Shown here in pieces: positions 37,891-50,600 of a DNA stretch of 53,304 nt (the stretch's first letter is position 1; every line of letters starts with the position of its first letter). The position numbers and the translations under genes are program-made. The DNA is from Octopus bimaculoides. Its lineage: Eukaryota. The notes below the pieces were generated by a model. The model saw nothing but the letters and a program-made list of their open reading frames with translations. It was not told the origin of the DNA and did not search any database. The stretch is taken from assembly GCF_001194135.2 (NCBI RefSeq), contig NC_068983.1:110213417-110266720 (forward strand), read 5' to 3'.

Positions 37891-38565
37891 GCAATATATT
37901 CAATTACATGGAAAAAACGATACAAGATCTGTGATATGTATATAGATACATACATGCAAGCATTCAAACATACATATATATATACACACACACATACATA
38001 TATACATACATATACACATGTATGCATATACACACGCATGCATACAAACTTACATACATACATGTATATGTGTGTGCATGTATATATATGTCATAGGTAT
38101 ACAAATTTGGTTATATAAATGTGAGAAATAGAATCTGCAATTTAGTTCAGAGTATGTACATTTACATTGGCTAATATATGTATTTATCATATACGGTTTT
38201 TTAGAAATCATTTGAATTAAGATATGTGACTGTAAGGATTTATTTTGAATATGAAAATACACAATAAATTAAAACTTTTGTTATCTTTACACACACACAT
38301 TGAAACATTAGAATGTATACATTTTACATAACCTTTTATTTTATTTAGAAGGTTTCAAAACAGAAACGCTAGAGATTAAATCTTAAACTGCATATGCTCA
38401 TATTAGATTTATAACAGCGTAGATATTAAAGTATTATACCAAATTCCAATCATTATTCTGTTTTAAAAGATTCTGTAAAGTTTTTAAATAAATGGTATAT
38501 ACAAAGTTTAAGATGATTCTATCATTAATGCTTTTTTACAAGGAACAATATAAAGTTTTATAAAG

Positions 38566-38677
38566 GCATATAGAATACCTATTGTCTCGCTTCCAGTGGC
38601 TTACTCCAAAAATATATAACTAATGTTATAGTATATTTTATTTAGAAGTAAAGCGAAGTGTATGTAATAAAACGGTT
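38566..38677 (+). repeat. Copy 1 of ~110-bp dispersed direct repeat (copy 2 at 39855-39962)
   Basis: GCATATAGAATA..TATTGTCTCGCTTCCAGTG-CTTACTCC...ATAACTAATGT-ATAGTATATTTTATTTAGAA-TAAAG-GAAGTGT...AATAAAAC-GTT in both. Confidence 0.9.
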
Positions 38678-39527
38678 AAAACTAAAACTCGAAATAAAAC
38701 TTCGTCATGGTCTCAGCTGGCAAGAAACCTATCGACACTTATTATGAAATTAAACCGGGAAATTGTCATAGAAATAAATACAAGAGACTATATAAGAATT
38801 GAATTTTTGCATTTCATATTTTAAATCTATGGTCGACAAGATACTTCAACATTACTATACTGCAAACAATCATTGAATACACAAAAAGACAACAAATATT
38901 TTTGCCTTTTGTTTGACTTAAATATTTTAGGTCAAAAGACAAGGAAAATTACTAAACTTGTGTTTTCTATGAAATATAATCTATATTGATAATCTAGGCA
39001 GTGTGTGAATCAATAAAATAGATCATCTCTATAAACAGATGATATATATTTTCATAAACTATATTGTTGGTAACAAGGTAAGAAAAACTGAGACGCGTAT
39101 TTATAGAATGAAACTTGTCTGACTCAGTGCAAGACATTTTTCTATCTTAGATTGTGATTGGTTATATTTAGATGGTTGTATATAATGTAAAATGGTGTAG
39201 ATCGTACACTAGAGCTAGAATGTTAACAGTATCGATTATTCTAAGCAACAAATGATCTTATATAAAAAAGAAACATCTTTTAATGTTAAAATAATAAACT
39301 TATTTTCCTAAGGCAAAATGCCAAATCTTGTCGGGGAGCGAATGTCCATTTACTTGTTCCCACTGTATTACCGATATATGCCATATCGATATCAGATGGA
39401 TAAAAGGCAACTATGTATATCTCAGAACAATATGAAATGGAAGCCTAACAGAGCCATATTGAATTTTATAGAATATATATATATATGATATACACACATG
39501 CGCGCGCACACACACGCACACACTCAA

Positions 39528-39563
<36 letters not shown>

Positions 39564-39605
39564 ATATACTTCTTTTAAATGACGGTATATTAATAGAAAT
39601 ATGTG

Positions 39606-40006
39606 AAGGTGCGTGGCTTAGTAGTTAGAGCGTTCGACAAAGGTACGTAAGGTCGTGATTTCAACTCGCGGCGACGCGTTGTGTTCTTGAGCAAGACACT
39701 TTATTTTCTGTTGCTCTAGTCATTGCAGTAGGCAAAAATGAGTAGTACCTGACAAGGCTTGTCACATTCTGTGTCATGCTGAATTTCTCTAAGAACGACT
39801 TTAAGGACACACATGTCTGTGGAGTGTCCAACCAATTGAACGTTAATTTGACGAGCATATAGAATATGTATTGTCTCGCTTCCAGTGACTTACTCCTATA
39901 GTAAATAACTAATGTCATAGTATATTTTATTTAGAAATAAAGAGAAGTGTAATAAAACAGTTGGCTGGCTCAACTGGAACCTTCCTCGTCGTAACCGACT
40001 GAGTGT
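39606..40006 (+). mobile_element. SINE family C, interrupted by the duplicated segment at 39855-39962
   Basis: tRNA-like head GCGTGGCTTAGTAGTTAGAGCG; core GTTGTGTTCTTGAGCAAGACACTTTATTT; tail TCAACTGGAACC-TC-TCGTCGTAACCGAC. Confidence 0.75.
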
Positions 40007-40397
40007 CTTTGGTAGAAAAGGTAAACAAATTTATTATTAATGTAGTTAACTTCATTCTTTTAGATTCTAAATGTATATTTTAGCTTAGTCACGGTTTTAT
40101 TTCATTCTTCCTTGCTAGATAAGAGGAATATCAGTAATATGTTTGGAGAATAGAAAACAATTCTCTTGAATACATTTTTATCTACTTTTTTCTGCCAGCT
40201 TATAAATGTCTTTCTCGTTATAACAATCCTTTCCGGAACTTCAGGTTTTTTTCTAATTACTTAGCAGATGTGATAATTGTTTTGCTTCAAAAGAACACTA
40301 ATCTTTCTCATGCACTGTAATAATCGACCACTAAAGCCGAAACAGTTTGAATTTGATATTAACCTATTGCTATTTAAATTTTGGTTTCAAATTTTGA

Positions 40398-40755
40398 CTT
40401 CAAATTTTGGCACAAAGCCAGCTTGTTCGAATGACGAGGAAGTGGATTACATCGTCCCCAGTCCTCAAGCGGTACTTTTTTTTATCGGTTCCGAAATGAT
40501 GAAAGGAAAAGTCCTCCTCGGCGGAATTTGATCCCAGAATCTGAAGACGGACAAAATGCCGTTAAACATTTTGTCCGGCGTGCTGACGATTCTGGCAGCT
40601 TGCCACCTTATTGCTCTTTAAATATTGATTTCAAATCTTGGTACAATGAGAAACAAAGTCGACCTCAACGGAATTTGAAGCCAGAACGTAAAGATGGACG
40701 AAACGCTGCTAAGCATCTTTCCCAGCGTACTAACGAATCTGTCAGCTTGACGTTT
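40398..40755 (-). mobile_element. Two tandem SINE family B copies (40398-40609 full; 40628-40755 internally deleted)
   Basis: Family B motifs in both. Confidence 0.8.
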
Positions 40756-41558
40756 TATTGCTGTGTAAATATTAATTGCACATTGCTGTTTTCATCTTAT
40801 TTTAATGGTCTGATTTAATGAAATATCCAACGCTTCTCATTCAAAATAAGGTTTTCCTTTTCGAAGATTAGTTTCGGAATCTGTAAAGAGAATATCCAAA
40901 GGTAAATGTAGGAAAATTTTACTGCCGTAGAATGTTCATGAAATACAATGTGAATCCGTAGACAGTCTTAATGAAGCACAAGAAAACAAATTATTATTGA
41001 ACATATAGTTTCGTATCTAATCTCTTATAGCACGAAAATGTTTATTATTGAATAAAAATTGTTGTTGGAGGTGGGGCGGTATCTGTTCATGTGTGTATTA
41101 TTTTCAATACAACTAAATAGATTTTTACTTCTTCAATGAAATAAAAATCCTAAGGTTAAACATTTTATAATGCTACTAATTATTATACATATTTAATGCA
41201 TTCCCATATACCATGCTCTCTTTATTCCTGTTTTGCGAATTGTAATGAAATGGCTATATGATCTCTGTATTTAAACTATTGGTTTTCAGAGTAACAAGAA
41301 TTTGATTATTCTATTGTACTTGAATATACAATATACGAGTCATTATGCTTTCAGAAAACACACATTAATTTCCTTCATGATCGATGAGGCTAGACGAATA
41401 TAAAACAGATTGTTTAAAAACGACAATGTGTTGTTTGATGATCAATTCATTCAACATCAGCGCATTAATTATTTTAGGTAACTTCTCAAAATCAATCAAT
41501 TATACTGATAAATTGATTTAGAAATTAGTTCTGAAATCTTTTTTTAATTTAAAAAGTT

Positions 41559-41714
<156 letters not shown>

Positions 41715-42540
41715 TATGTTTGTTTATATAATTGTTCCCAAAAGAAGAGAATTTGAATGTCAATTTATACAATTATGAATTGCGTGACAAATATATAAAC
41801 ATTATCGAAACTCACTGAGATTGACAGCGATTTTTTTAATTAGTGAATATTAATTTTTGTGACGAGACACAATGTGAAATATAACAGAGGTGAGACTCGA
41901 GTCGACTAAATTCAACATGTAATATTAATGACATGAATTCATTGATCTCTCTTGAGCAAAAGACAAAACATGTCATGACTGGAAGCAGGATGATAGTAAG
42001 CAGTGGACAATAGATATAAGTAATAAGTATCATATTATTAGTACATAATGGTAAGATCCCGTTTAAATGACAGCATCAATATTTGAGGAATTGGAAGCTT
42101 AGAAGGATAAAAACCTTTACTAGGTTTTGTTGTGAAACCAAATTCCTTTATTATTTCCACCATATCAAATACAGTCTGTTTTTCCATATGGACAGCAAGA
42201 TTGTGTATTTAAAATAATATTTGATGGCAACAGATGTAACCATAAACTGTACACACCCAAATAAAAGTACTTGATAAACAACAGTGATATCACTAATGCA
42301 TCGATAATACAGTTGAGGAGTTATTAAATCCTAAAGTTTATTTAAAAGAAAATGATTGTAGTTGATAAGTTGACAACTATGAAAGTATGATGCACAATGT
42401 TAAAATCTACAAGGACATGCGAAGCAAATTTTCACATAAGTTTTGAATTAAGTCTCGAATAGTTATGAACTCTTCAATATAAAATAATTATTCCCTGTGT
42501 ACCATCAGTGCATTTTCACTGATTTAGATAGCGTTCTTTT

Positions 42541-42657
42541 ATGACGTGTGCATGTATGTATGTGTGTTTGTATGTATGTACTTTATATATTACATATTGT
42601 ATACATGTATGCATGTATGTATGTATCTATCTACACACACACACACACACACTCACA

Positions 42658-42745
<88 letters not shown>
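42541..42745. repeat. TATG/CA/TA microsatellite complex
   Basis: Direct read. Confidence 0.95.
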
Positions 42746-42747
<2 letters not shown>

Positions 42748-43440
42748 ATACAAAATGAGACAAGAACGCAGAACACCCAGACAGGTGATACAAGAAAGGG
42801 ACAACAAAACATCCAGATAGACGATACTAAGAAAACAAGGACAGCTCATTCGGAGTTTTCTTTCATCAGTCGAGTTCCAGATTATCTGTGCAATTTCGGC
42901 TGGTTAAACTCGAGATTGATTCAATCTTGCGAGCCCCAAGGGAAAAATAAGCTAAGAGCATCAGACTCCTTGGAAGAAAGCAGTGAATGTATACAAAAAC
43001 AAGGACGGAAAAAACGAACAATGTTACACAAATACAATAAAAATAATAACAGGACATAAGAACATGTGTCTTTCGACTAAGGACGAATTAAATTAAGCTG
43101 GTGTGTGCGGAAATAAAGCCTTACGGCAAGGATACAGGATTTCATAGGCACAGGGAGGAATATCGATTTTCCACGCATAACGGCCGGCCAAGAGAGAAAG
43201 ATCAGGCTTGGCCGAACGCCGGTAACGTGGGAAGAGAAGAGAGAGAGAGAGGTTAAGGCAAAGAGACAAAAGAATTAAGGAGAATCGAGAAAAAGCGTCA
43301 GGGACACAGTGAAGTGAAAAGTGGACAGAAAGTGAACAAGAAGAAAATGCAAGGAAATGTGAGAGAGGGAGAACGAAAGAACGAACAGTGGAATGAACGA
43401 ATAAGAGTGAAAGAGCGGATAGACAGAAATAGAGTCATAT
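42746..43440. repeat. Unclassified interspersed repeat starting in (TA)n, purine-rich end
   Basis: Non-coding, begins at a TA microsatellite; contains CTGATGA core on the minus strand (42863-42869); repeat status is recalled, not shown within the window. Confidence 0.4.
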
Positions 43441-44551
43441 AGGAAAATTTGTTTTGGAGGTTTGAAAATGCATCTGAATTTGAAAATTTGAAGAACATAT
43501 AGTTGCTTTTAAACGGATTTATTCACATACATACCAGACTAGTTTCAACATTTTTTTTTGTTGATCAATGGTACAAATGTATATAAAACAAGGGGATTTT
43601 AACAGAGTTTATAATAACGTAGTAGAAATCGAACAAATATGATAAAACGATCAAATGTTCACATAAAATTCAATGAGTTTTACAGGGAAAGACAATATCG
43701 AAGTGAATATTCGGCGAAGAATATAATAAATGTACATTACTAAAAGTTACGTCAAATTGAGTTTTTATAGAATGCGTGGACAACAGAGAAAAGAAAAGAG
43801 AGTATTAAGAGGTTTTTTTTTTTACAGTTTCTGTCGTCGTGCGCGTAGTTTTTCTTTCCGTCGCGTACTGAGCTCTTCGTTAATCGTTTAGAATAAGCAA
43901 TTAAAGATGTACTCGTATTGATTGGTAAATCCTGAGTTCGCTTGGGAGGCTTCCATATAAAATTCCAGAGTGTAGTAGAAAGGCACAATGAATAATTGAG
44001 AATTATACATTAGTAAAAACGTTTTCAGTATATAAAAAAAAAATCCGACACGCGTTTCTCTTGCGTAAATGCCTTAGATTCAACAGACGTGATAGTTCTG
44101 TGCATCTAAATGATTTGTATTAAATCAATTTTAGTACAAATTCCGATCCAAAGACTAACGTTCTTATACGGCCTTTTTATGCTTTTGTTTCCCTTATGGG
44201 TAGATGAAGCGAAGTGAAATATCTAGTATCAAAAATAAATACCTAAAATATCATACCCGGTGAAGGAATATAAGAAAAGGGAGCTAAAGATAGTGGAAAT
44301 AGTAATAAATTATATTTCCTGGGTTCCAACTACATTTAAGCTCAGACAGATACAAAGGAAGTAGATTAAAATAATGTTATCTATAGTAGAAGCAAACTAT
44401 TTAGTTCAGAATGACCGTCCATACTAAGAAGAATATAAAGTAAACAGATGCAATTCAGATTAGAAAAAATAAGGTACTGGAAAGATTTCAGAAACAGACA
44501 AAATGGGAAATTAATATACCTGTCATGGGGTAATAAGATACACATGTGATA

Positions 44552-44771
44552 ACCTTTCTACTATAGGCACAGGATCTGAAAGTTATCTTAGGGGAGAAGG
44601 CCAATCGATTAGATCGACCCACTGCTCAAACTGGTACTTATTTGATTGACTCCGCAAGATCACAGGCAAAGTCGATCTCCACAGATTTAGAACTCAGAAT
44701 GCAAAGATGGACGAAATGACGCTAAGAATTTTGTCCTGCCTGCTAACGTTCTTACCGCTAATTCTTGTCTT
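44552..44771 (-). mobile_element. SINE family B, full length
   Basis: GATTAGATCGACCCACTGCTCAAACTGGTACTTATTT...GGCAAAGTCGATCTC...GAACTCAGAATG. Confidence 0.8.
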
Positions 44772-44849
44772 AAATTGTAGATGTTGTACTCTGACGTAAA
44801 TATTAACAATATATATATATATATATATATATATGAAGATATGAAACTA

Positions 44850-45600
44850 CCTTCATTTAAGCCGTCCCATATCGCAGCAAAACTCGCTGGAGGTCCAACG
44901 TCATCGATAATCTTCTCAATAATGAAAGCACCTCAGCAGATTTAAGAGACGTATGAGTAGGATGTTCCTGTGATTCAACACTCTCTATGTTGTACAAACG
45001 TAGCTTCATACATAGGTAGGCATATTCTTATCTCCCTCGGATCTCACTTCACAGGAATGCATAGATATCATATAGGTCAACAGAAATACTGTGAAAGAAG
45101 TTTATAGCTGCCCCTCTAATATATTTTGTAAATCTTTACCTACAACATACCTAGTACCCGTCAATTCCTTGCAGCTGTATATCCACTTATCACTATCCTT
45201 TGAACAATAAATACCCTAAGAAAGAATCGGTAAGGCGAGTCGTCAATCCTGATATAAAATAAAAACCTGTGTTGGAACGCAACCTGAACGCCTTTAAGCA
45301 GAGATTCACATGGCATATAGCTTCATTAATAGAAAGAAACAAATGTAATGCGACGCCACAATCCAAATCTCTAGTGGGTGTGACTAATCCACTCACAAGC
45401 CTGGACATTGTTACTGAAACTAATAAACATATTGGACGAAGCAGAATATGAGCACTCTACCTAACACAGGAGCTATAATTATTGGCTTTTCCCCCAAGTA
45501 GAATGAGCGCAAAAGCAAAAAAAAAAGACCAATCTTTGTGCATAAAGTGTTTCGAGTTACAACATTCTAATCGTTCTCCCGTCTCAATCAAACTGCGAAG
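44850..45600 (+). mobile_element. Penelope-like element remnant (GIY-YIG end)
   Basis: Degenerate WFN, NRNTV, YSCP motifs at ~44965-45120; NAFKQRFTWHIASLIERNKCNATPQSKSLVG...IVTETNKHIGRSRI. Confidence 0.65.
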
Positions 45601-45876
45601 TAAACTTGGATGATGCGACTCCACCCGTCTCACTAGAAGTCTAACAACTCTAATGCCTAAACTAAGGACCCTACCATACACACATGCCCAAATCACAAAA
45701 GAATTTAGTTTACAAACACTTTAAACCTTATAAACCCACAACGTAAACTGTTAACACAACACCCATCCAAATTTGTCATCACTGTATAACACCCTCCCCC
45801 AACACTCTGGAAACACCAATACAACTATAAAAATGTGTTCTTTCTTCCACCCATCCATTATGTCCATGTCCACCAC

Positions 45877-46438
45877 GTAACATTGATAACTATCTAGCTA
45901 AACTTGTAAATATTGCACAATTACTCAACAATATAGAAAATTACAACAATGCTGCAACTATGAAATAATGATTATAACATATAATTTAAATTCTTTGAAA
46001 TGTATAAGCCTCACAATAATTAATAGAACAATTTACCGCGTTACTATGAATTATAAAACGACGTTATAGCACCAGACCTACAGGGCGTCATACTCAAACA
46101 TAATTAATAACCAAAAATTCATATAACTACAAAGCAGTTAACAGAAATAGTTAGAACTAGTAATCCTTCCCCTTCTTCCAAACCTTTATGCGCATGCTCT
46201 GTCTCCGACACTTAACACTGATAACTATCTAGCTAAACTTGCAAATATTGCACAATTACTCTACAATATAGAAAATTACAACAATGCTGAAACTATGAAA
46301 TAATGATTATTACATATAATTTGAATTCTTCTAAATGTATAAACCTCAAAGTAATTAATACAACAATTTGCCGCATTACTATGAACTATAAAGCGACATT
46401 ACAACATCGGACCTACAGGGGTCACTCTCAAACATAAA
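45877..46438. repeat. Tandem duplication, period ~335 bp (aligned blocks 45877-46104 and 46212-46438)
   Basis: GATAACTATCTAGCTAAACTTG-AAATATTGCACAATTACTC at 45885 and 46220; homology continues to GACCTACAGGG...CTCAAACATAA. Confidence 0.9.
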
Positions 46439-47500
46439 ATTGCATCAACGCAGTTGCACTAGATGTTTACAATCAAAATGATTCCTCTAGTACGCCTTCT
46501 CTAGATTGAACGAAACGATATAGCGTTGCTTCAAAATTAAGTATGAATATACACTGAATACAAAATGATACTTGTCATGCAGAAAATGTGAACATATATT
46601 CATACAAACAATAGGCAAGGAATGGCTTGGATTAACTCTTTCTCCACTAGTATCCGGTATGTATAGGCCCCTCTTTATGCTTTACTCCCAGTTGTCCCTA
46701 TATTGCAGCGACATTATAACCATCAAGTTAAGGCACTATACAGAAAATATTTCGTCACTTCACAAGTACAATTGTCGGCAAAGAAACAAGAGTTTAGGTA
46801 TCATTGTGCAGAAAAATATATGGAGTATAAAACTTCCGATGACATAATAATTCTGATTATGATAAGATGATTTTTTAATCTTGAACTAAAATCAGACACC
46901 AAATCTTGACTTGCCTTGTTTTATGTCATGTCACATATATCTCATTGCCACACCTCCGTATCCATTGACACTGCTTAGTCCTTTTGTATTTTTTTGTCGT
47001 TTCAGGCTCCATGTATCTAAGGATAGATATTACAAGCGTCAGGCATAGTCCTTAGGTCCACTCACGTAGTTCAGCTGGTCACAGGAAACCAGGAACAGGA
47101 CGTGGCTACTGTAGTGTAACATGTGATGACATGTAGGAATCAAGCCTAAATAGAATCCAGCCCACCGTCGAGGAGAAGCAACTATTTTCAACATAAGAGA
47201 TGCTATTGTTCTCTTGCACGCTACACCAAACACCATAGTACAAAGACATTTATCATCGAGAATCAAGTTCACGAAGCTCTTCTGTTTTGAACAATTAGCA
47301 CACTAAAACTCTCTGTCAAATATGATTCTCCCAGAAAGCGTTGCAATAAAGAAAGCGAGAGACAGGCAAAGATGTCCGTGCGCATCTCTCTTTCTCTATA
47401 TATATATACTTGGAAATGGATGCATCGCGTTGAATTAAATAATAAATAAATTATATATATATATACATTCATTTACACACACACATACATACACACATAC

Positions 47501-47642
47501 ATGCATATTTGGGTACAGGACGTCACCAACGGTTCAAATAACATGAAATACGTAAACACATTTTCCCTCGTTTTTTCCCTCGTTTGTTTACGTATTTCAT
47601 GTTATTTGAACCGCTGGTGACATCCTGTACCCATATATGCAT
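47501..47642. repeat. Fold-back: 58-bp inverted arms (3 mismatches), 26-nt spacer; a third arm at 48209-48256
   Basis: 47501-47558 versus reverse complement of 47585-47642. Confidence 0.9.
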
Positions 47643-50600
47643 ATATATATATATATATAGGAACATGAAGAATAATAATAAGGCAGAATGCTAAACTGAA
47701 AGCATATTTTAATATAGGTGTGTAAAAGGGATTTCTAACCGGCTTTCATTGCATGGCAAATTTTCAAGAAGAGGGAGAATGAACATGTTTTATATAAAAA
47801 AATAAAAAATAATATATAAAAAAATAAATATACCAATACATGCTATTGTCTTTGAGCTTTTAAAGTTCAATGGTAATCCATGTAGATAATTGTTAGAAAG
47901 ACTAGGATGCATGAAATTGAGAGTTGTGTTTTGCTTAAAAAAAAGGGGCTGATATATATATTTCTTCATCGCCTCTCGGTCTTCATGTTTGTTTTCGTTC
48001 GGTTTCTTTGTATGTTTCCACTTCATTTTTTGTCCCCAACATTGACCCTCCATAAATCCTAAATTTTATTTTAGAATTTATGGGAGCAACTGTCTTTGAA
48101 GACTCATATTGTCGTTGAATGCTCAAAATGAGGACTAGATTGATGGCTGACAACTGATGAACGGTCCTCTCTCTACGTTCACTCGTTCTGTTCTCCATGT
48201 TTTCTCGTTGTTTACGTATTTCATGTTATTTGAACCGTTGGTGACGTAGTGTACCTATATGTGCATGCATATATATATATATATATATATANNNNNNNNN
48301 NNNNNNNNNNNNNNNNNNNNNNNNNNNNNNNNNNNNNNNNNNNNNNNNNNNNNNNNNNNNNNNNNNNNNNNNNNNNNNNNNNNNNNNNNNNNNNNNNNNN
48401 NNNNNNNNNNNNNNNNNNNNNNNNNNNNNNNNNNNNNNNNNNNNNNNNNNNNNNNNNNNNNNNNNNNNNNNNNNNNNNNNNNNNNNNNNNNNNNNNNNNN
48501 NNNNNNNNNNNNNNNNNNNNNNNNNNNNNNNNNNNNNNNNNNNNNNNNNNNNNNNNNNNNNNNNNNNNNNNNNNNNNNNNNNNNNNNNNNNNNNNNNNNN
48601 NNNNNNNNNNNNNNNNNNNNNNNNNNNNNNNNNNNNNNNNNNNNNNNNNNNNNNNNNNNNNNNNNATATATATATATATATATATACATGCATACACATA
48701 TATATGTATGTATATATGTGTATGTATAGGCATAAGTTTGAAGACGTAGTTAATATTATTGCCTTTGTATTTTTTTTTACCAGGAAATAAGTTATTACCA
48801 TTTCTCTTCATCGAACCAAATAAGCCATTCTTTTTGTATTTACATGCGTCGTCGGTAAGATTCATACATCCAATACATGTAGTATGTTTCTAATGTACAT
48901 TTTCTTTGAAAATTTATATCTCAGAAACATTTAAATATATTTGAATATGCGTGTAAGTGTGTTTTTTGGTGTGGGCGTTTGTGCATACGCACAGACATAG
49001 ATACACACAAACATATACATAGGTATACATATGCATACATACTTGTATATATGTATGTATGTATGTAAGATACATTATATATATTTTACCACGATTATTA
49101 ACACACGAGCTTTTGTGTGAGTGTCTTCATATATTTTTCTCGAATACTGAGTATTTTCATTTAAAATTTAACCAATTCCCATTTTTAATTTAGAAAGGTT
49201 TATGTTCTGGAATCGTAAAAAAAAAATAAAAGAAACTAAAAAACAGAACATTAAACACGGTTATTTCAGTCTTTAGAAACTGTCGACATCTACATATTTG
49301 CAGAAATATTACTTTTAGTCTTTTTATCTGTGTCTCTGTATGTTTCTGTTTTTTTTTATTTTCTTCTTTTTAAAACTATTTTCGAAATAATATTTTTGCT
49401 GGCATTTGTTCACATTTTATTATAGTTGGTTTCATTGCCTGTATGCATCAGCTATAAACCTATGAACTGCTAACTGAATACTGAATATATATACATAAAT
49501 ACACACACACACACGCACGCACGGACGCACGCACACACACCCCTATACACACAAACATACATACATACCTATATGTATATATGTATATATATATATTTAT
49601 ATATGTATAAATTCACTCGCAAATGGATATATACATATATAACTGTATAATTATTTATATATGTATGTTTATGTGTATACGGATAAGATTGTCTCTTTAT
49701 ATGCGAATGTGTAGATGTCCCTACATAAATACATTCACACACACACACACATACACATATATAGACATTTCAGGCATACGTTCATATATGCAACTAGGTG
49801 CATTGAAACATAAAGTCATATATAGATCTATATACCTCCACTGGGTACTGTCACACAAATGTTTACTAATAAGGCCTGTGTACTAATGAAAAAGCATGTC
49901 TTAACTGTTTTTAAAGTTAGGAAATGCCAAAAGCAGTGAAACTAGTGAACAGACAAAGACGTAACGTACAATGCAAATAAATCTGTGGACACATATTTGT
50001 TTATAACCTATTACTTTTATAAGCGAACAAATATTTGTGTTTGTATACACATAAGAACATATAGAAAGAGACTCATGCATATATACTGTTTACTGAGGTA
50101 TATACATACAGTCATCGTGTTTTATAAAGTTTAAAAAAAAAAGCCAAGACACAAATTTTTAGTATAAAAACGAAACAAAAGATAAAACAGTGTATAAGCA
50201 TTGAATGAGAAATTAGGCATATTATAGGCAATAATCAATACAGCGGTGAAGTCTTTACTTTAGACGCTCAGCTAACGGCGTATACGATGGCAAAGAATAA
50301 AACATATATTTATTATTTCATGGTGTTATATAGAGCGCACACAGAGACACGCACACTCACACACTCCCAGACACGTACCCCCCTCACACACGCATAGGTA
50401 TAGATCAAATATGAGAGACATGAATAAATACACGTTGGCCTGTATATCCGTATATGTAAATATATATATATATATATATGTATATTTATGTGTGTGTGTG
50501 TGTGTGTGTATGTATGTACATAAAATTAAATGCGCACGCATTCACACACATAAAGCATTACATGTACGTACATATGTACATATGTATAATATATGTATGA

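Noticed and set aside
47000-47160. Strong plus-strand acceptor at ~47005 and minus-strand GTGAGT donor at ~47065
   Set aside because: All plus frames stop quickly and the minus peptide is unrecognisable; insufficient support
48154-48185. CTGATGA followed by ACGGTCC
   Set aside because: No downstream GAAA or helix III, so not a supportable hammerhead
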